The notes under the pieces are model-generated. The model saw nothing but the letters and a program-made list of their open reading frames with translations. It did no database searches and had not been told where the DNA came from. The position numbers and the translations under genes were made by a program. 51,062 nucleotides of DNA. It comes from a virus. How positions within the stretch are numbered: the first letter of the stretch is position 1; every line of letters starts with the position of its first letter. Below are positions 1 through 9,354 of the stretch, piece by piece. Where the stretch lies: positions 1 through 51,062 of the IMG/VR virus record IMGVR_UViG_3300015192_000001; one strand, 5' to 3'.

Positions 1-127
1 ATGAGGCACTAGTTCCGTCATTCGATGTGTCTACGGAGAAGTTGCCTGTGGCCGCAGTTTCGTAGATGCCGGGAGTGAGGGTCGTGGCGACCGTTGTGGT
101 GATGGTGTGCGTGTGTCCCGCAAGGCC
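1..127. repeat. Terminal direct repeat identical to 50936..51062. This is a contig-end overlap of a circular or circularly permuted genome (unit 50,935 bp).
   Basis: Read directly: atgaggcactagttccgtcattcgatgtg...gtgtgtcccgcaaggcc occurs at both ends. The repeat lies inside an open reading frame. Confidence 0.95.
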
Positions 128-691
128 CTCTTCATATTGGGTGATGTTCGCGTAGGCGTTGTAGACATGGTTGTGGCTGTTGTAGGTGTTGCTGATAATC
201 GGGTTGGCCCCCGCCGTAACACCGCCTTGTGGGTCACCGTGAGAATGGTCGGCCATCGTCCATGTGGTCGTATCTGTGGCGTTCGACCCTGGGGCGAGGA
301 GTGGGTGACGGTGGATTGGCGAGTTGGCGGCAGACGTTCCCGCGCTGGACGAGGCGCTGACATACTGACGGAAACTCTTCTGCTGCACCCAGACCTTGAT
401 GCTCTTGATCGTCACAACGCCCGTAGGCATTTGGAAGAAGCATTCCAGTGGATGGGTAGCATCGACTGAGTCGTCAAACGGTATCTGAATGACATTGCGA
501 ACCTGGAAGTACTTGTCGGCAGTAAGAGACTGCGTGACGATTTGCATGGCACCGATAGTCGCCGGATCGGCAGCAGATGCCGCACCGGTCTGGCTATTGA
601 AAGGTTGAGTGCCACTCTGCTGTGGGGGCGATGCGACTATGTCGCGGAGGAATGACGTTCTTATACGACCATGATTGACTCTTGTTGTCAT
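1..691 (-). CDS. 5' part of a wrap-around ORF (284 aa once joined to 50772..50935). Call: HxH-repeat tail-fibre or needle-like structural protein.
   Basis: Absent from the ORF track because it runs off the window. ATG at 689..691 overlaps the TAA of the upstream gene (TAATG). The frame is open down to nt 2. Hand translation: MTTRVNHGRIRTSFLRDIVASPPQQSGTQPF...ADHSHGDPQGG...NSHNHVYNAYANITQYEEGLAGHTHTITTT. HxH motifs: HRH 305..313, HSH 239..247, HNH 167..175, HTH 107..115. Confidence 0.7.
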   Translation of the reverse strand, partial: MTTRVNHGRIRTSFLRDIVASPPQQSGTQPFNSQTGAASAADPATIGAMQIVTQSLTADKYFQVRNVIQIPFDDSVDATHPLECFFQMPTGVVTIKSIKVWVQQKSFRQYVSASSSAGTSAANSPIHRHPLLAPGSNATDTTTWTMADHSHGDPQGGVTAGANPIISNTYNSHNHVYNAYANITQYEEGLAGHTHTITTTVATTLTPGIYETAATGNFSVDTSNDGTSAS

Positions 692-2451
692 TACAACTCC
701 ACGAGTTTTAGCTTGTAGTGGATGACGATCTCAGCAAGGGTGTTAGCTGCATCGTGTGACCTAACAATGTCTTCAGCCATGCCCTCTGGTAGTTTGACCA
801 TGACGTTGGGATAGACCTTGCCGTCGATATCCTCGAATGGCACAACCTTGTTCCAGAGTCCGTCGAGTTCTGTCTTCATGGTTGGAGAGTCTCGTTCGAA
901 GTCAGATCCGTCTCGGTATTTCTGAGGCCTGTCTGCTGTGCCCTCAATGAAGATGGCAAGAGACCAGACATGTTTTGGGTTATCTGCAGCTTCGATGTAG
1001 GCCAGGGCAATACTCGTGATGGCGAGCGGTAGACCATTCGCTGTCCCCGACAGTTCGTACTGCAGATACGGACTCTTATAGGTGGCGGGGGCGGCAATGA
1101 TTGCGGATGTCGCAGCTAGAGTGCTAGACGTGCCCCAGCTATCAACTGTGACGCCATCCTTGAGCGCCTTGACGTTGACCGTCTGTCCTGCTCCCAGGGC
1201 TGTGTGGTGTAGTTCAGATGTATGCCAGAGCTTGTTGATGTTCTTGGACTGTCCTGAAAAGAGGGACGAGCGAATGCGGTAGGTTCCTGGGGTTGTCTGA
1301 CCATAGATTCCCTGCCCCTGAATGCCAATGAAGACCTTGCCAGCGAATTGGCAAATGCCGTCGACTATCCCTGTAGTGATCGTATCGATCGTGCTCCCGA
1401 CGTAGAAGCCCGTCTGTACGTCCTGGAAGAGATCCAGGGTGGCGTCATAGACACCGACGCCCGTGGTGTTGTTGGCACCCCAAACGATATTCAGCCCATC
1501 GACGATGGCCGAGCGGATGCCGTAGTCCTTTGTGGTGTCTCCAAAGGTGAAGATCTGCTCAAGTTGATTCGCACCGAGTTTCCAAACAATGCCGATGTTG
1601 TTGATCTCATCGCTCGAGTGGCCAAAGATCAGGAGAACGGTGGTGTAGACGAGGGCCTTTGGTAGGAAGTCCGACCCAAAACCGCCCATCTGATGCAGTT
1701 GGTTGCCATCGGTGAAGAAGATGAGGGCGTACGGTCCAGCGGTAGTGAAGAACAGTCCCCCAGAACCATTTGCGCCTACAGTTGGTGTGCCATCAATAAG
1801 GCCAACGAAGACCTCGACGAATGTCGTGCCATCGAAGGTGAAAACCTGATTGGCAGATCCAACGTACAGTTTGGATTTAATTGCACCAAGAATGTAGATT
1901 GGGGTTGTTACGGCTGCGGGCGCGCCCTTATCTGTGAATGTCAGTCCATCTGTAGTGGAGTAGAGGCGACCGTTGCTTCCCCCGACGTAATAGATGTTTC
2001 GCGAGATCCCCCAATTTGTTGGCAACACTCCAACTGCTGGGATATTGATCGTCGTCACCCAGGTAGTGCCGTCGACAGTGGACTCCATGGTTGAAGTTGT
2101 CTTACCGATAGCGCACATACGAGTCTTCCCAACAGGAAAGACAACCCAGCCCATGCTCGCAGCAGCACGAGACTGTGCCAGTTGCTTGGCGACAGAGATC
2201 TGTCCGGTCTTGCTGAGATCTATGCCATAGCCGTCGTAGTACGGTCCATCAGCGATCCAGTCGTCCTGTCCCTGGCCTAGCCAGTTAGACTGACCCCAGT
2301 AGGACCAGTCGTCTGAGTTGGAGAACTCGTTGGAGGTTGCGGAGGCACGACTGGGGTAGGCTTTTGGAGACTCGCCCCAGTGGTACCCTGCCCCGGATGC
2401 CAAGAGATACTGGAGGCCGTTGAGCTTGATGTCGTATGGGATCTCACCCAT
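691..2451 (-). CDS. Virion or tail structural protein, 586 aa. Candidate nozzle/tail-tubular-B-like protein with beta-propeller-like repeats.
   Basis: Long ORF two genes downstream of the capsid gene. TAATG coupling at both ends. Repeated Y-x-G-G / D-G-x-T-F strands (YYVGGSNGRLYSTTDGLTF, LYVGSANQVFTFDGTTF). Function is inferred from position only. Confidence 0.5.
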   Translation of the reverse strand: MGEIPYDIKLNGLQYLLASGAGYHWGESPKAYPSRASATSNEFSNSDDWSYWGQSNWLGQGQDDWIADGPYYDGYGIDLSKTGQISVAKQLAQSRAAASMGWVVFPVGKTRMCAIGKTTSTMESTVDGTTWVTTINIPAVGVLPTNWGISRNIYYVGGSNGRLYSTTDGLTFTDKGAPAAVTTPIYILGAIKSKLYVGSANQVFTFDGTTFVEVFVGLIDGTPTVGANGSGGLFFTTAGPYALIFFTDGNQLHQMGGFGSDFLPKALVYTTVLLIFGHSSDEINNIGIVWKLGANQLEQIFTFGDTTKDYGIRSAIVDGLNIVWGANNTTGVGVYDATLDLFQDVQTGFYVGSTIDTITTGIVDGICQFAGKVFIGIQGQGIYGQTTPGTYRIRSSLFSGQSKNINKLWHTSELHHTALGAGQTVNVKALKDGVTVDSWGTSSTLAATSAIIAAPATYKSPYLQYELSGTANGLPLAITSIALAYIEAADNPKHVWSLAIFIEGTADRPQKYRDGSDFERDSPTMKTELDGLWNKVVPFEDIDGKVYPNVMVKLPEGMAEDIVRSHDAANTLAEIVIHYKLKLVEL

Positions 2452-3089
2452 TAGCCGATACCCTGGATCGTCCGGGCCTGAACCTGCTTAGCAAGCTGAA
2501 CTGAATGCTGAAGCTTGCGCTCCATCATGGCAAGACCGCTGACCATCTGCATCGGAGTTGAGTCGGCGCGGCGGGTCGTGGCTTGTGACCGACGACTCTC
2601 AACACGCTTGACGTACTCACCAATGAGGGCGCGTATACACGAGCCAAAGAGGACGACGTTCATGACCTCAGTGTTGAGGGCCGTGTCGTCGATTGTGGGG
2701 TATTCCTTTTCACCGAACACCCGAATGCCATAGCCGTTGTAGTTCACGGCTTCGGGGATACGGATGAATCCTGGTCGCTCGAGATCGTCGTAGCCGTAGG
2801 ACTGTGACTGGATCTCAGTCAGGTCAGTCGTGCTAACAAACTCGACGCGGTTGATGCGACGGAATCCTGTCGGGGTCGTGTAATAAAGCGGCGTCGGAGA
2901 TCCAGTGATAAGGATCTCGGTGCCGTAATTGGTGTCCCTTTTAAAGAGGCCGCGTGCGTATAGTGTGCCGACCTCGTCGTCTCGCCAACTATCCAACTGC
3001 TTATCTGTGAAGGTTGCAGAAGAGCTGGCAATGTCTCCCAACTGGTCACGCTGCTTAAGACGGAAGTTGCTAACTGAAATGGTGGCCAT
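2451..3089 (-). CDS. Virion structural protein, 212 aa. Candidate head-tail adaptor or tail-tubular-A-like protein.
   Basis: ORF directly after the major capsid gene. Size and position only. Confidence 0.45.
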   Translation of the reverse strand: MATISVSNFRLKQRDQLGDIASSSATFTDKQLDSWRDDEVGTLYARGLFKRDTNYGTEILITGSPTPLYYTTPTGFRRINRVEFVSTTDLTEIQSQSYGYDDLERPGFIRIPEAVNYNGYGIRVFGEKEYPTIDDTALNTEVMNVVLFGSCIRALIGEYVKRVESRRSQATTRRADSTPMQMVSGLAMMERKLQHSVQLAKQVQARTIQGIG

Positions 3090-3134
3090 GTTTCTCCAGA
3101 GAAGTAGGGGGGGAACTTTCGCTCCCCCGCCTTA

Positions 3135-4058
3135 CTAGACAGCCGTTGCCGTGGACTCCATGCGGAGGAACTTGGTGCTGTCCAGGACTCCGGAACCGAA
3201 GTCCATGTAGTACCCAAGCTTCCACGTACGACCGAGCGCGTCAGCGTGGTCAGGCGTCGGTGAGACTGCGGTGAAACGCAGGTCCTCGATGCTTGCCTTG
3301 CCGAAGGCCCACGGGCCAAGGCCCGCATAGGTCGTATAGACATCCGCAGCCGCTGCGCCCGCACCTGCGAAGATCAGGGCGCGGGTCGTGGTGGCGAAGC
3401 GGAGGTTGTACGCCTTGCCAACTTCTCCGTTGAAGAAGTTGTCGGGACGGTACTGGTGAGCAGCCGTCCAACCGGTACCAGCGGTCGTGTCGGCCATGAC
3501 ATCACCCACGACGAACGGGTGAGTGACTGCGATGACATCGCCAGTCGTGTCAAGGTCGAGAGCCTGCAGCTTGATGAGGCCCTTACGGGCGAACGCCATG
3601 CTGAAGGTGGTGTTAAGCGTGCCGCGAGCAACGCCGTTCGCGTAGAAGGCAGTGCCACCCGTTGAGAGGGCGGTACGGCATTCGTAGTCGATACGACGAG
3701 CCGCGTCGAACGCCAGGGTGTCCTTGGCCCAGTCGACGAGCTCAAGGGGCGAGATGTTGCCAGCACGCCGTGAGATGCTCACGACGCGACCGATCTCGTT
3801 CGTGGAGATGTCCACGTTCGTGATCGCCGGCAGGGCCTCCGACGCGGGGTTCGAGACTTCGTCGGAGAGGTAGGTAGTGTCGGCGGGGAGGTCTGGCTTC
3901 TTGATGAAACGCAGGATGTTCGTGCCCGGGAGGAGCTTGCCGTCCTGCCCAAACTGCGCGTAGATCAGCGCAGCGCGGACGATCGGGATGGTCTTCTCGG
4001 CGAGCTTGAACGTCACTGCATTGGCAAGAGAACCAGTGGTGGTAAGGGTATCCGCCAC
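3135..4058 (-). CDS. Major capsid protein (HK97-fold type), 307 aa
   Basis: GTG start with GAAAGGA SD. Follows a coiled-coil scaffold-like ORF. Length and composition are typical of phage major capsid proteins. Ends TAG followed immediately by an in-frame TAA. Confidence 0.7.
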   Translation of the reverse strand: MADTLTTTGSLANAVTFKLAEKTIPIVRAALIYAQFGQDGKLLPGTNILRFIKKPDLPADTTYLSDEVSNPASEALPAITNVDISTNEIGRVVSISRRAGNISPLELVDWAKDTLAFDAARRIDYECRTALSTGGTAFYANGVARGTLNTTFSMAFARKGLIKLQALDLDTTGDVIAVTHPFVVGDVMADTTAGTGWTAAHQYRPDNFFNGEVGKAYNLRFATTTRALIFAGAGAAAADVYTTYAGLGPWAFGKASIEDLRFTAVSPTPDHADALGRTWKLGYYMDFGSGVLDSTKFLRMESTATAV

Positions 4059-4099
4059 TTAGGGGTTCCTTTCAATGCTGAAAGAACTCCAAGCGATAC

Positions 4100-4555
4100 C
4101 TAGAAGGCGTGGCCGTTCCGAAGGATTTCGTCCATCTTCTCGGATTCCGTCTGAGGCGGGCGAGCGGGATTGTTACGCAGGCCTGAGGACTCCGTGTTGG
4201 GGGCTGAACCAAGCTTCGTCTTCAATGCCTCGATAACGTCCCCCGAAGGGACGCCGTTCGAAGACAGAAGATCGATCACGTCTGCGAGCTCGGGGTTGCC
4301 ACGCTTCAAGCGCTCGACTTGAACTTCCTGCTCGAGCTGTGCCCGTGCGGCACGCTCGCGAGTGAGTTCTTCTTGCGCTGATGGCAGGGGTTCAAGCTCT
4401 CGGACTCGCCTGGCAAGCTCCTGAATGACGTTGTCTTTCTCACCCAGTTTGCGCTGGAGGCCTTTGTATGCCGCACTAGGCTCTGACGAGGTCTGGTCGG
4501 TAGAGTTTCCTGTTTCCGAACCAGTGCCCCCGGCGTTTGTGTCGGGTTCGCTCAT
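4100..4555 (-). CDS. Scaffolding protein candidate, 151 aa
   Basis: Charged coiled-coil segment (ELARRVRELEPLPSAQEELTRERAARAQLEQEVQVERLKR) immediately upstream of the capsid gene. Confidence 0.55.
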   Translation of the reverse strand: MSEPDTNAGGTGSETGNSTDQTSSEPSAAYKGLQRKLGEKDNVIQELARRVRELEPLPSAQEELTRERAARAQLEQEVQVERLKRGNPELADVIDLLSSNGVPSGDVIEALKTKLGSAPNTESSGLRNNPARPPQTESEKMDEILRNGHAF

Positions 4556-4618
4556 GCTTGGGTAGATCCTTCTGGTCCCTTTGGGACCGTTCTTCTCATG
4601 CGCCTTTGGCGCTATGGA

Positions 4619-5485
4619 CTATTTAAGGGCCGCGGCGTCTGCCTTGTATCCGGCAATACCAGCGGTGTTAGCGGGCTGCTTCGCGAGGAAGGCAGCTGTG
4701 TTGGGGTCAATCTTGGGACCCGTCGGCGAGAGGGTTGAGCCATTGGCGAAACCCTTGTTGAGGGTGTCTGCGCCGTATGTATTGACGTAGTTGGTGGCCT
4801 TAACCGGATTAAAGCCCATGCCCTGAAGGGATTGGTTGGCTCTCATCAGGGGATCTTTGACGACTGCCGCAGCCGCGGCATCTTGAGTTTTCTGTTGGTT
4901 ATTCGTGGCGAGGGGGTTTGCTAGAGCCGCGGAGACTGGTGTAGGCACTACTGGAGTCGGAATACCCACTGGAGGGGGGGGTTCATTTCCGAGGCCAGAA
5001 GGAACCACAGGAGCGGGTTCTATGCCCGGAGTAGGAACTGGTGGAACGACGGGGGCCGGCATAGGAGCTGGTGGAACGACTGGGGCTGGCGCCGCAGCTG
5101 CCTTCACGTCATCAAGGAGGGAGTCCGTCGTTGCTCCGCCACCTCCCGGTTCTGCGGTGGAGGTGCTGGGGAGCGAGGTAATGGGTACGTCGTGCTCTCC
5201 AGGGTGTGGATCGGCTGGCTGATCGCCTGCTTCTACCATCTGAGCTAGTTCTGGATACTTCTGGGCGAACTCTTGCGGGTGGCTCATGAGTGCATCGACG
5301 TACTGCTGCTGGTCTGGAGTAAAGATCGGCAGCAGTTTCATCATAGCCTGGATGACATCCATCGGTGGCATCTCATTGCCGAATTGACGCATGAGATTGG
5401 GATCAGCTGTGAGTGGAGAGCCGGGTTGAGGCTGGTTGGCAGCCTCGTCCCTGACGTGGGCCATTGGGTCTGTTTCGAGTGTCAC
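4619..5485 (-). CDS. Proline-rich protein of unknown function, 288 aa
   Basis: Central P-A/T-P-V-V-P repeats (APAPVVPPAPMPAPVVPPVPTPGIEPAPVVP...PTPVVPTPV) flanked by ordinary-composition ends. Lies in the head module. Confidence 0.7.
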   Translation of the reverse strand: MTLETDPMAHVRDEAANQPQPGSPLTADPNLMRQFGNEMPPMDVIQAMMKLLPIFTPDQQQYVDALMSHPQEFAQKYPELAQMVEAGDQPADPHPGEHDVPITSLPSTSTAEPGGGGATTDSLLDDVKAAAAPAPVVPPAPMPAPVVPPVPTPGIEPAPVVPSGLGNEPPPPVGIPTPVVPTPVSAALANPLATNNQQKTQDAAAAAVVKDPLMRANQSLQGMGFNPVKATNYVNTYGADTLNKGFANGSTLSPTGPKIDPNTAAFLAKQPANTAGIAGYKADAAALK

Positions 5486-5490
5486 TAGAC

Positions 5491-8400
5491 TTACTTCCTA
5501 TCCAGACCGTATTGGTCCTGCACGTACTGATCGAAGATCTGCGGGCTTCGTGACTTGCCTGATGTCATACCAGGAGTGTTAATTGATGTCTCGGGTTTGC
5601 CCTTGATCCACTCTGACCAGAGCTTCGGGAAGACCTTGATGTCTCGGAGGAGACCGATCTTCGACATGTCGCTCATGTTTTCGTCGTAGGGTCGACCGTT
5701 AACTAGATTCATTCCTGCCTGTATGCCGTCCCGAAGGGGCACGCTCATCAGGCCGAAGCCAAGACCGGCGTGGTCGCCAGGGATGGGGCTACTGGGTAGT
5801 CCTGGAAGGAGGTACTCCATGACCTTGACGGTCTCTGGGTGCATCTCGATGAAGTTGAGTGAATCGGGGTCGGCGATGAGGGCCTTCATGGTGGCGTCTT
5901 GGAGGTGTTGCCAGGTTGCGAAACCCCCCAGTCCGGTCTTGTAGCCGAACATGGAACTCGTGACGAACTTGGCCCACTCCCCGGTGGCCTTGAGGGTCCA
6001 GGAGAGGGGGTAGATGAGGACAGGGTGGCCGAAACTCTTCTCCCAATACCGTCGTTGAGGGTTGGCAAGATGTGTCGTTTGGGCCTGTCGAATGGCATCG
6101 CGCATCGAGTTCTGTAGATGGTCACTAAGGACATTGAAGGTCTGAGCATCCGCACTGCCCTTGACGATCTTGGCCTGTGCGTAGACCTCATCAGCCGTCA
6201 TCTTGCCCTTGAGGTAGGCCTCTTTGAGAGGTGAATCATGGAGGATGGCGTCAACGATGCCCTCATTGGATCCAAACTGCTTATGGAGCATCTTGTATCC
6301 GCCGGGATCAACGATCTGAAGTCGTTCTCCGAAGTACTGCTTCGTTTCCTTTATGGTTTGAGCAAACATGTATTTCTCTTGTGAGATCTGACGAGCAAGG
6401 TTGCCTGTTTTCACGCCAGAGATTCGGTCTCCACCGGCTGCGTCTCCAGGGAAGGCGCCCATGGTGCTGGCCTCTCGAGACGCTAGGCCTCGCGATGCAA
6501 GCTGTTTATCCATGGCCTTGTTCAGGGCTGGTGCTAGGAGACCATCAGTTGCAGCGTTCTTGACTCCTCGTAGCCAGTTGTAGATTGGGGACTCAAGTCC
6601 GTTCTGTGCAAGCATGAGTGGAGAAACGTCGTATCGCAGTGTCGGGTGACCGACCTGGGCCCACCAGCGATACCAGTCGCCCCAGCGTCCATCTCGAGAG
6701 GCACGGATGCCCTGGAAGAAGGACGGAGCGAGTCCAACCTCACCATGAGTTGTGCCAATGAGGATTTTGATGAATTGCCCCCAGCTCTCTGAGGCAAAGG
6801 ATTTCTCCATGAGCTGGGCTGCATTTGTAGCCAGGATGAGCTTGCGTTTGTCTGGGAACAGTTCTAGTGCGAGGTTCTGAATGGGCTTGCCGGCCGATGC
6901 GGGTGTAGATCCAGCGGCGTACTGGCCTGCATGGCTGAACTGGTTCTTCTCTGCCTCTGTGCGTATTGCATCTGCATAGGCATTGGCCTCTTGTCGTGTC
7001 AAACCCCAGGCTTCGTGATGGGTGCTGTAGAACAATTCCTGTGACTTGCGCGAGAGCTCGGCATTGGGAATCATTTCTCGGAAGTTGGAGATGATGTTGC
7101 CCCATCGGGTAGCATTGGTAGGCATTTGATCAACGATGTCCTGGGCTAGTGGCTTTAAAACCGGCCGCATGACGCTGTATGCACCATGTGGGCCTCCGGA
7201 GTACATGGCACTGTGATCCATTTCCCACTTCGCTAGCACCTTGGCCGGGTTATGGAACTGAGCATCCTCATATGCCTTCTTAATGACATTAAGAGTGACA
7301 TTGGTGTACTCGGGGAACTGCTTGCCGAGGAGCTTTTCGGCCTCTTTGACTGCGGGATGTGCGCGACTTAGTACAACATCCCCGGCGTCAATGCGAAGCT
7401 TCGTTACAGGGTTCTCAGAATCGCGAATGGCCTGGTTGGAGCCTTGTGCGATGACCTTGTACATACCCTTATCGCGGATGCCTGTAGCGACCTCGCCAAG
7501 CTGTCCCTTGGTGATCTCCTTCGGTACATTCTCGATGTGATCATCGATCATCTTGAGAAAGTCGCGTGGCTTCATGCCGTAGACATCACGTCCGTTAGCC
7601 ATGTACTGGACAGTTTTGGAATACTCGGGATCATTCTTGAGGAGTTGGACGACTGGGTCGGGGAGTTTGCGGTACCCCGCCTTGGTCAACCCAGACATAG
7701 AGGGTTCTGCCGTGATTGCATCACGCAATAGTTGTAGGTCGCGATCGGTCACGGTGCTCGCGTAGACCATCAAGGGTTGTGTGGACCCCGAGACGCGACT
7801 GGTGACGGCGTCGAGAGCTTTCCAGTTTTCCTTGGTCTCAATCCAGCGCTTCTGGAAGTCAGCCGCGGTCATGGTTTCTTCGCCGAATTCCTTCTGCGCC
7901 CTGTCGACCATCGTCATGATCTCTTTGGTCATGTTGGACTTGAGGGTCGTGTAGTCCGAGTTGAGACCAATGGCTTTTCTCTCGCCGCGGCCGGTCAGAA
8001 CTGGAATCAGTTCATCAATTTTGCGGCGCAAGAAACTGGTATCTGAGACTACGTGTGTAAGCGGGTTCTCTTCTGCCATCTTGAGGGCGACGTTTTGAAG
8101 AGCCTGTGCAGCCAGTTCTCGAGCGAACTCTTGTGGCTTGTCTACGCCGACGAGACCTCCGCGAAACTGGAAGGCGCGTTCGACCTCACTTGGGCCTCCA
8201 AGAAGTCCTGAGTTCATCAGCTCTCTCGCAGCCTTGCTTTCGGTGAGCTTGCCAATGTTGGGAATGGGATTAACCATCGCCCCCAAGGCCAGATCAAAGA
8301 CACCGCGGAATGGCGAGTCGTCAGAGATGACCCGTTCATTCGCGAGCATCTTGTTGGTATTTTCCCAGTCGGGGAAGATATGGGCTGCAACCTCAGAACC

Positions 8401-9342
8401 AGTCTCGATGCCGTACCCCCCGGCGATGCCGAACTTGGTGGCATTCACTAGGTTCTGCAGGAGCGGTGTGAGTGTGTACTTAGTGGCGCCCTCTTCTGCG
8501 ACTGTCTTCGCGGCTTGCATGACGCCGACCTTGGCCAGGTTCTCGCCCGCTACAACGCCACCACGAGCAAGGACACCAGTGCCCATGCCGACTCCGAGTG
8601 TTGCGATCGTGACGATGGCAGAGAACTCATCAAAGAGTTGATTGCGTAGATCCGCGTCACCGTGCAGGGCGCCCTGAATACGCTTGCTGGTGTTCTCTGT
8701 AATGCCCTCACCACTGACTAGACGCAGAGCCTGCAAGGCAGTGCCGGCCCAGTCACGGTTCTGGTAGGCCTGACTAAGGTCTTCCCATGGTGAGATCCAG
8801 TCCCCGAAGATCTGGCCAACACCCTTGAGTGTTCCCAGGAGGCCTTCCTTGACAAGATCGCCTGCTGCGGCCATGGGAGAGTTGGAGATCAGTTTCCCAT
8901 AGTCGGAGTCAGCAATGTTCTGTCCAATAGCCCCGAGAATGTCTCCGGCGCCTTCCATTCCAGGAATAAAGCGTTTGGTCGTATTGATGAGTGTTTCAAA
9001 AGCCTGGGCCGGATTCCAGAAGTTGAAGTCGGTCCGTGGGTTCAGGGGACCTTCGCCGAATGGCAACAGTAGGTTGCCCTCGGCTCCGGTCTCGGCGCGG
9101 CGCGGCATGCCGATCTCGACACCGTAGTTCGAGACTCGTCCGCCATAGGTTTCGTTTGCTGTGATGGGGTTGTAGTCAGCAAACTTGGGATTCGGAGGTG
9201 ACCAGTCTGTACCATCACGTGGATTGAAGGTATCCCAGGTCGTATTAGATTCCGGCCAGACCGAATCCAGACTGGGCGTGCGGGGAGTGCCCCACTCGCT
9301 GTCTGAGAAGGAATCGGTCTGTGGCTGGACGTCTAGAGTCAC
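5491..9342 (-). CDS. Very large virion-associated protein, 1283 aa, function unknown. Candidate internal or ejection-type protein.
   Basis: Longest ORF in the window. Lies between the portal and scaffold genes. No catalytic motif recognised by eye. Confidence 0.6.
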   Translation of the reverse strand: MTLDVQPQTDSFSDSEWGTPRTPSLDSVWPESNTTWDTFNPRDGTDWSPPNPKFADYNPITANETYGGRVSNYGVEIGMPRRAETGAEGNLLLPFGEGPLNPRTDFNFWNPAQAFETLINTTKRFIPGMEGAGDILGAIGQNIADSDYGKLISNSPMAAAGDLVKEGLLGTLKGVGQIFGDWISPWEDLSQAYQNRDWAGTALQALRLVSGEGITENTSKRIQGALHGDADLRNQLFDEFSAIVTIATLGVGMGTGVLARGGVVAGENLAKVGVMQAAKTVAEEGATKYTLTPLLQNLVNATKFGIAGGYGIETGSEVAAHIFPDWENTNKMLANERVISDDSPFRGVFDLALGAMVNPIPNIGKLTESKAARELMNSGLLGGPSEVERAFQFRGGLVGVDKPQEFARELAAQALQNVALKMAEENPLTHVVSDTSFLRRKIDELIPVLTGRGERKAIGLNSDYTTLKSNMTKEIMTMVDRAQKEFGEETMTAADFQKRWIETKENWKALDAVTSRVSGSTQPLMVYASTVTDRDLQLLRDAITAEPSMSGLTKAGYRKLPDPVVQLLKNDPEYSKTVQYMANGRDVYGMKPRDFLKMIDDHIENVPKEITKGQLGEVATGIRDKGMYKVIAQGSNQAIRDSENPVTKLRIDAGDVVLSRAHPAVKEAEKLLGKQFPEYTNVTLNVIKKAYEDAQFHNPAKVLAKWEMDHSAMYSGGPHGAYSVMRPVLKPLAQDIVDQMPTNATRWGNIISNFREMIPNAELSRKSQELFYSTHHEAWGLTRQEANAYADAIRTEAEKNQFSHAGQYAAGSTPASAGKPIQNLALELFPDKRKLILATNAAQLMEKSFASESWGQFIKILIGTTHGEVGLAPSFFQGIRASRDGRWGDWYRWWAQVGHPTLRYDVSPLMLAQNGLESPIYNWLRGVKNAATDGLLAPALNKAMDKQLASRGLASREASTMGAFPGDAAGGDRISGVKTGNLARQISQEKYMFAQTIKETKQYFGERLQIVDPGGYKMLHKQFGSNEGIVDAILHDSPLKEAYLKGKMTADEVYAQAKIVKGSADAQTFNVLSDHLQNSMRDAIRQAQTTHLANPQRRYWEKSFGHPVLIYPLSWTLKATGEWAKFVTSSMFGYKTGLGGFATWQHLQDATMKALIADPDSLNFIEMHPETVKVMEYLLPGLPSSPIPGDHAGLGFGLMSVPLRDGIQAGMNLVNGRPYDENMSDMSKIGLLRDIKVFPKLWSEWIKGKPETSINTPGMTSGKSRSPQIFDQYVQDQYGLDRK

Positions 9343-9354
9343 TGGTTCTCCTGA

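Noticed and set aside
1-127. The 127-bp repeat at both ends could be a genuine packaged direct terminal repeat, as in T7-like phages.
   Set aside because: The repeat lies entirely inside a coding frame that is complete only after the ends are merged. An integrase and attP also indicate a temperate phage. An assembly overlap of a circular or permuted genome is the simpler reading. Raw reads would be needed to exclude a DTR completely.
4905-5222. Plus-strand Gly-rich ORF (105 aa) and plus-strand Ala-rich ORFs at 50260..50647, taken as separate genes.
   Set aside because: They are the antisense frames of the Pro-rich (4619..5485) and Ala/Thr-rich (50056..50556) low-complexity coding regions.
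5491-9342. The 1283-aa ORF as a tail tape-measure protein.
   Set aside because: It lies between the portal and scaffold genes. There are no tail tube, sheath or chaperone-frameshift genes nearby. The gene order looks podovirus-like. Its function is left open as an internal or ejection-type candidate.
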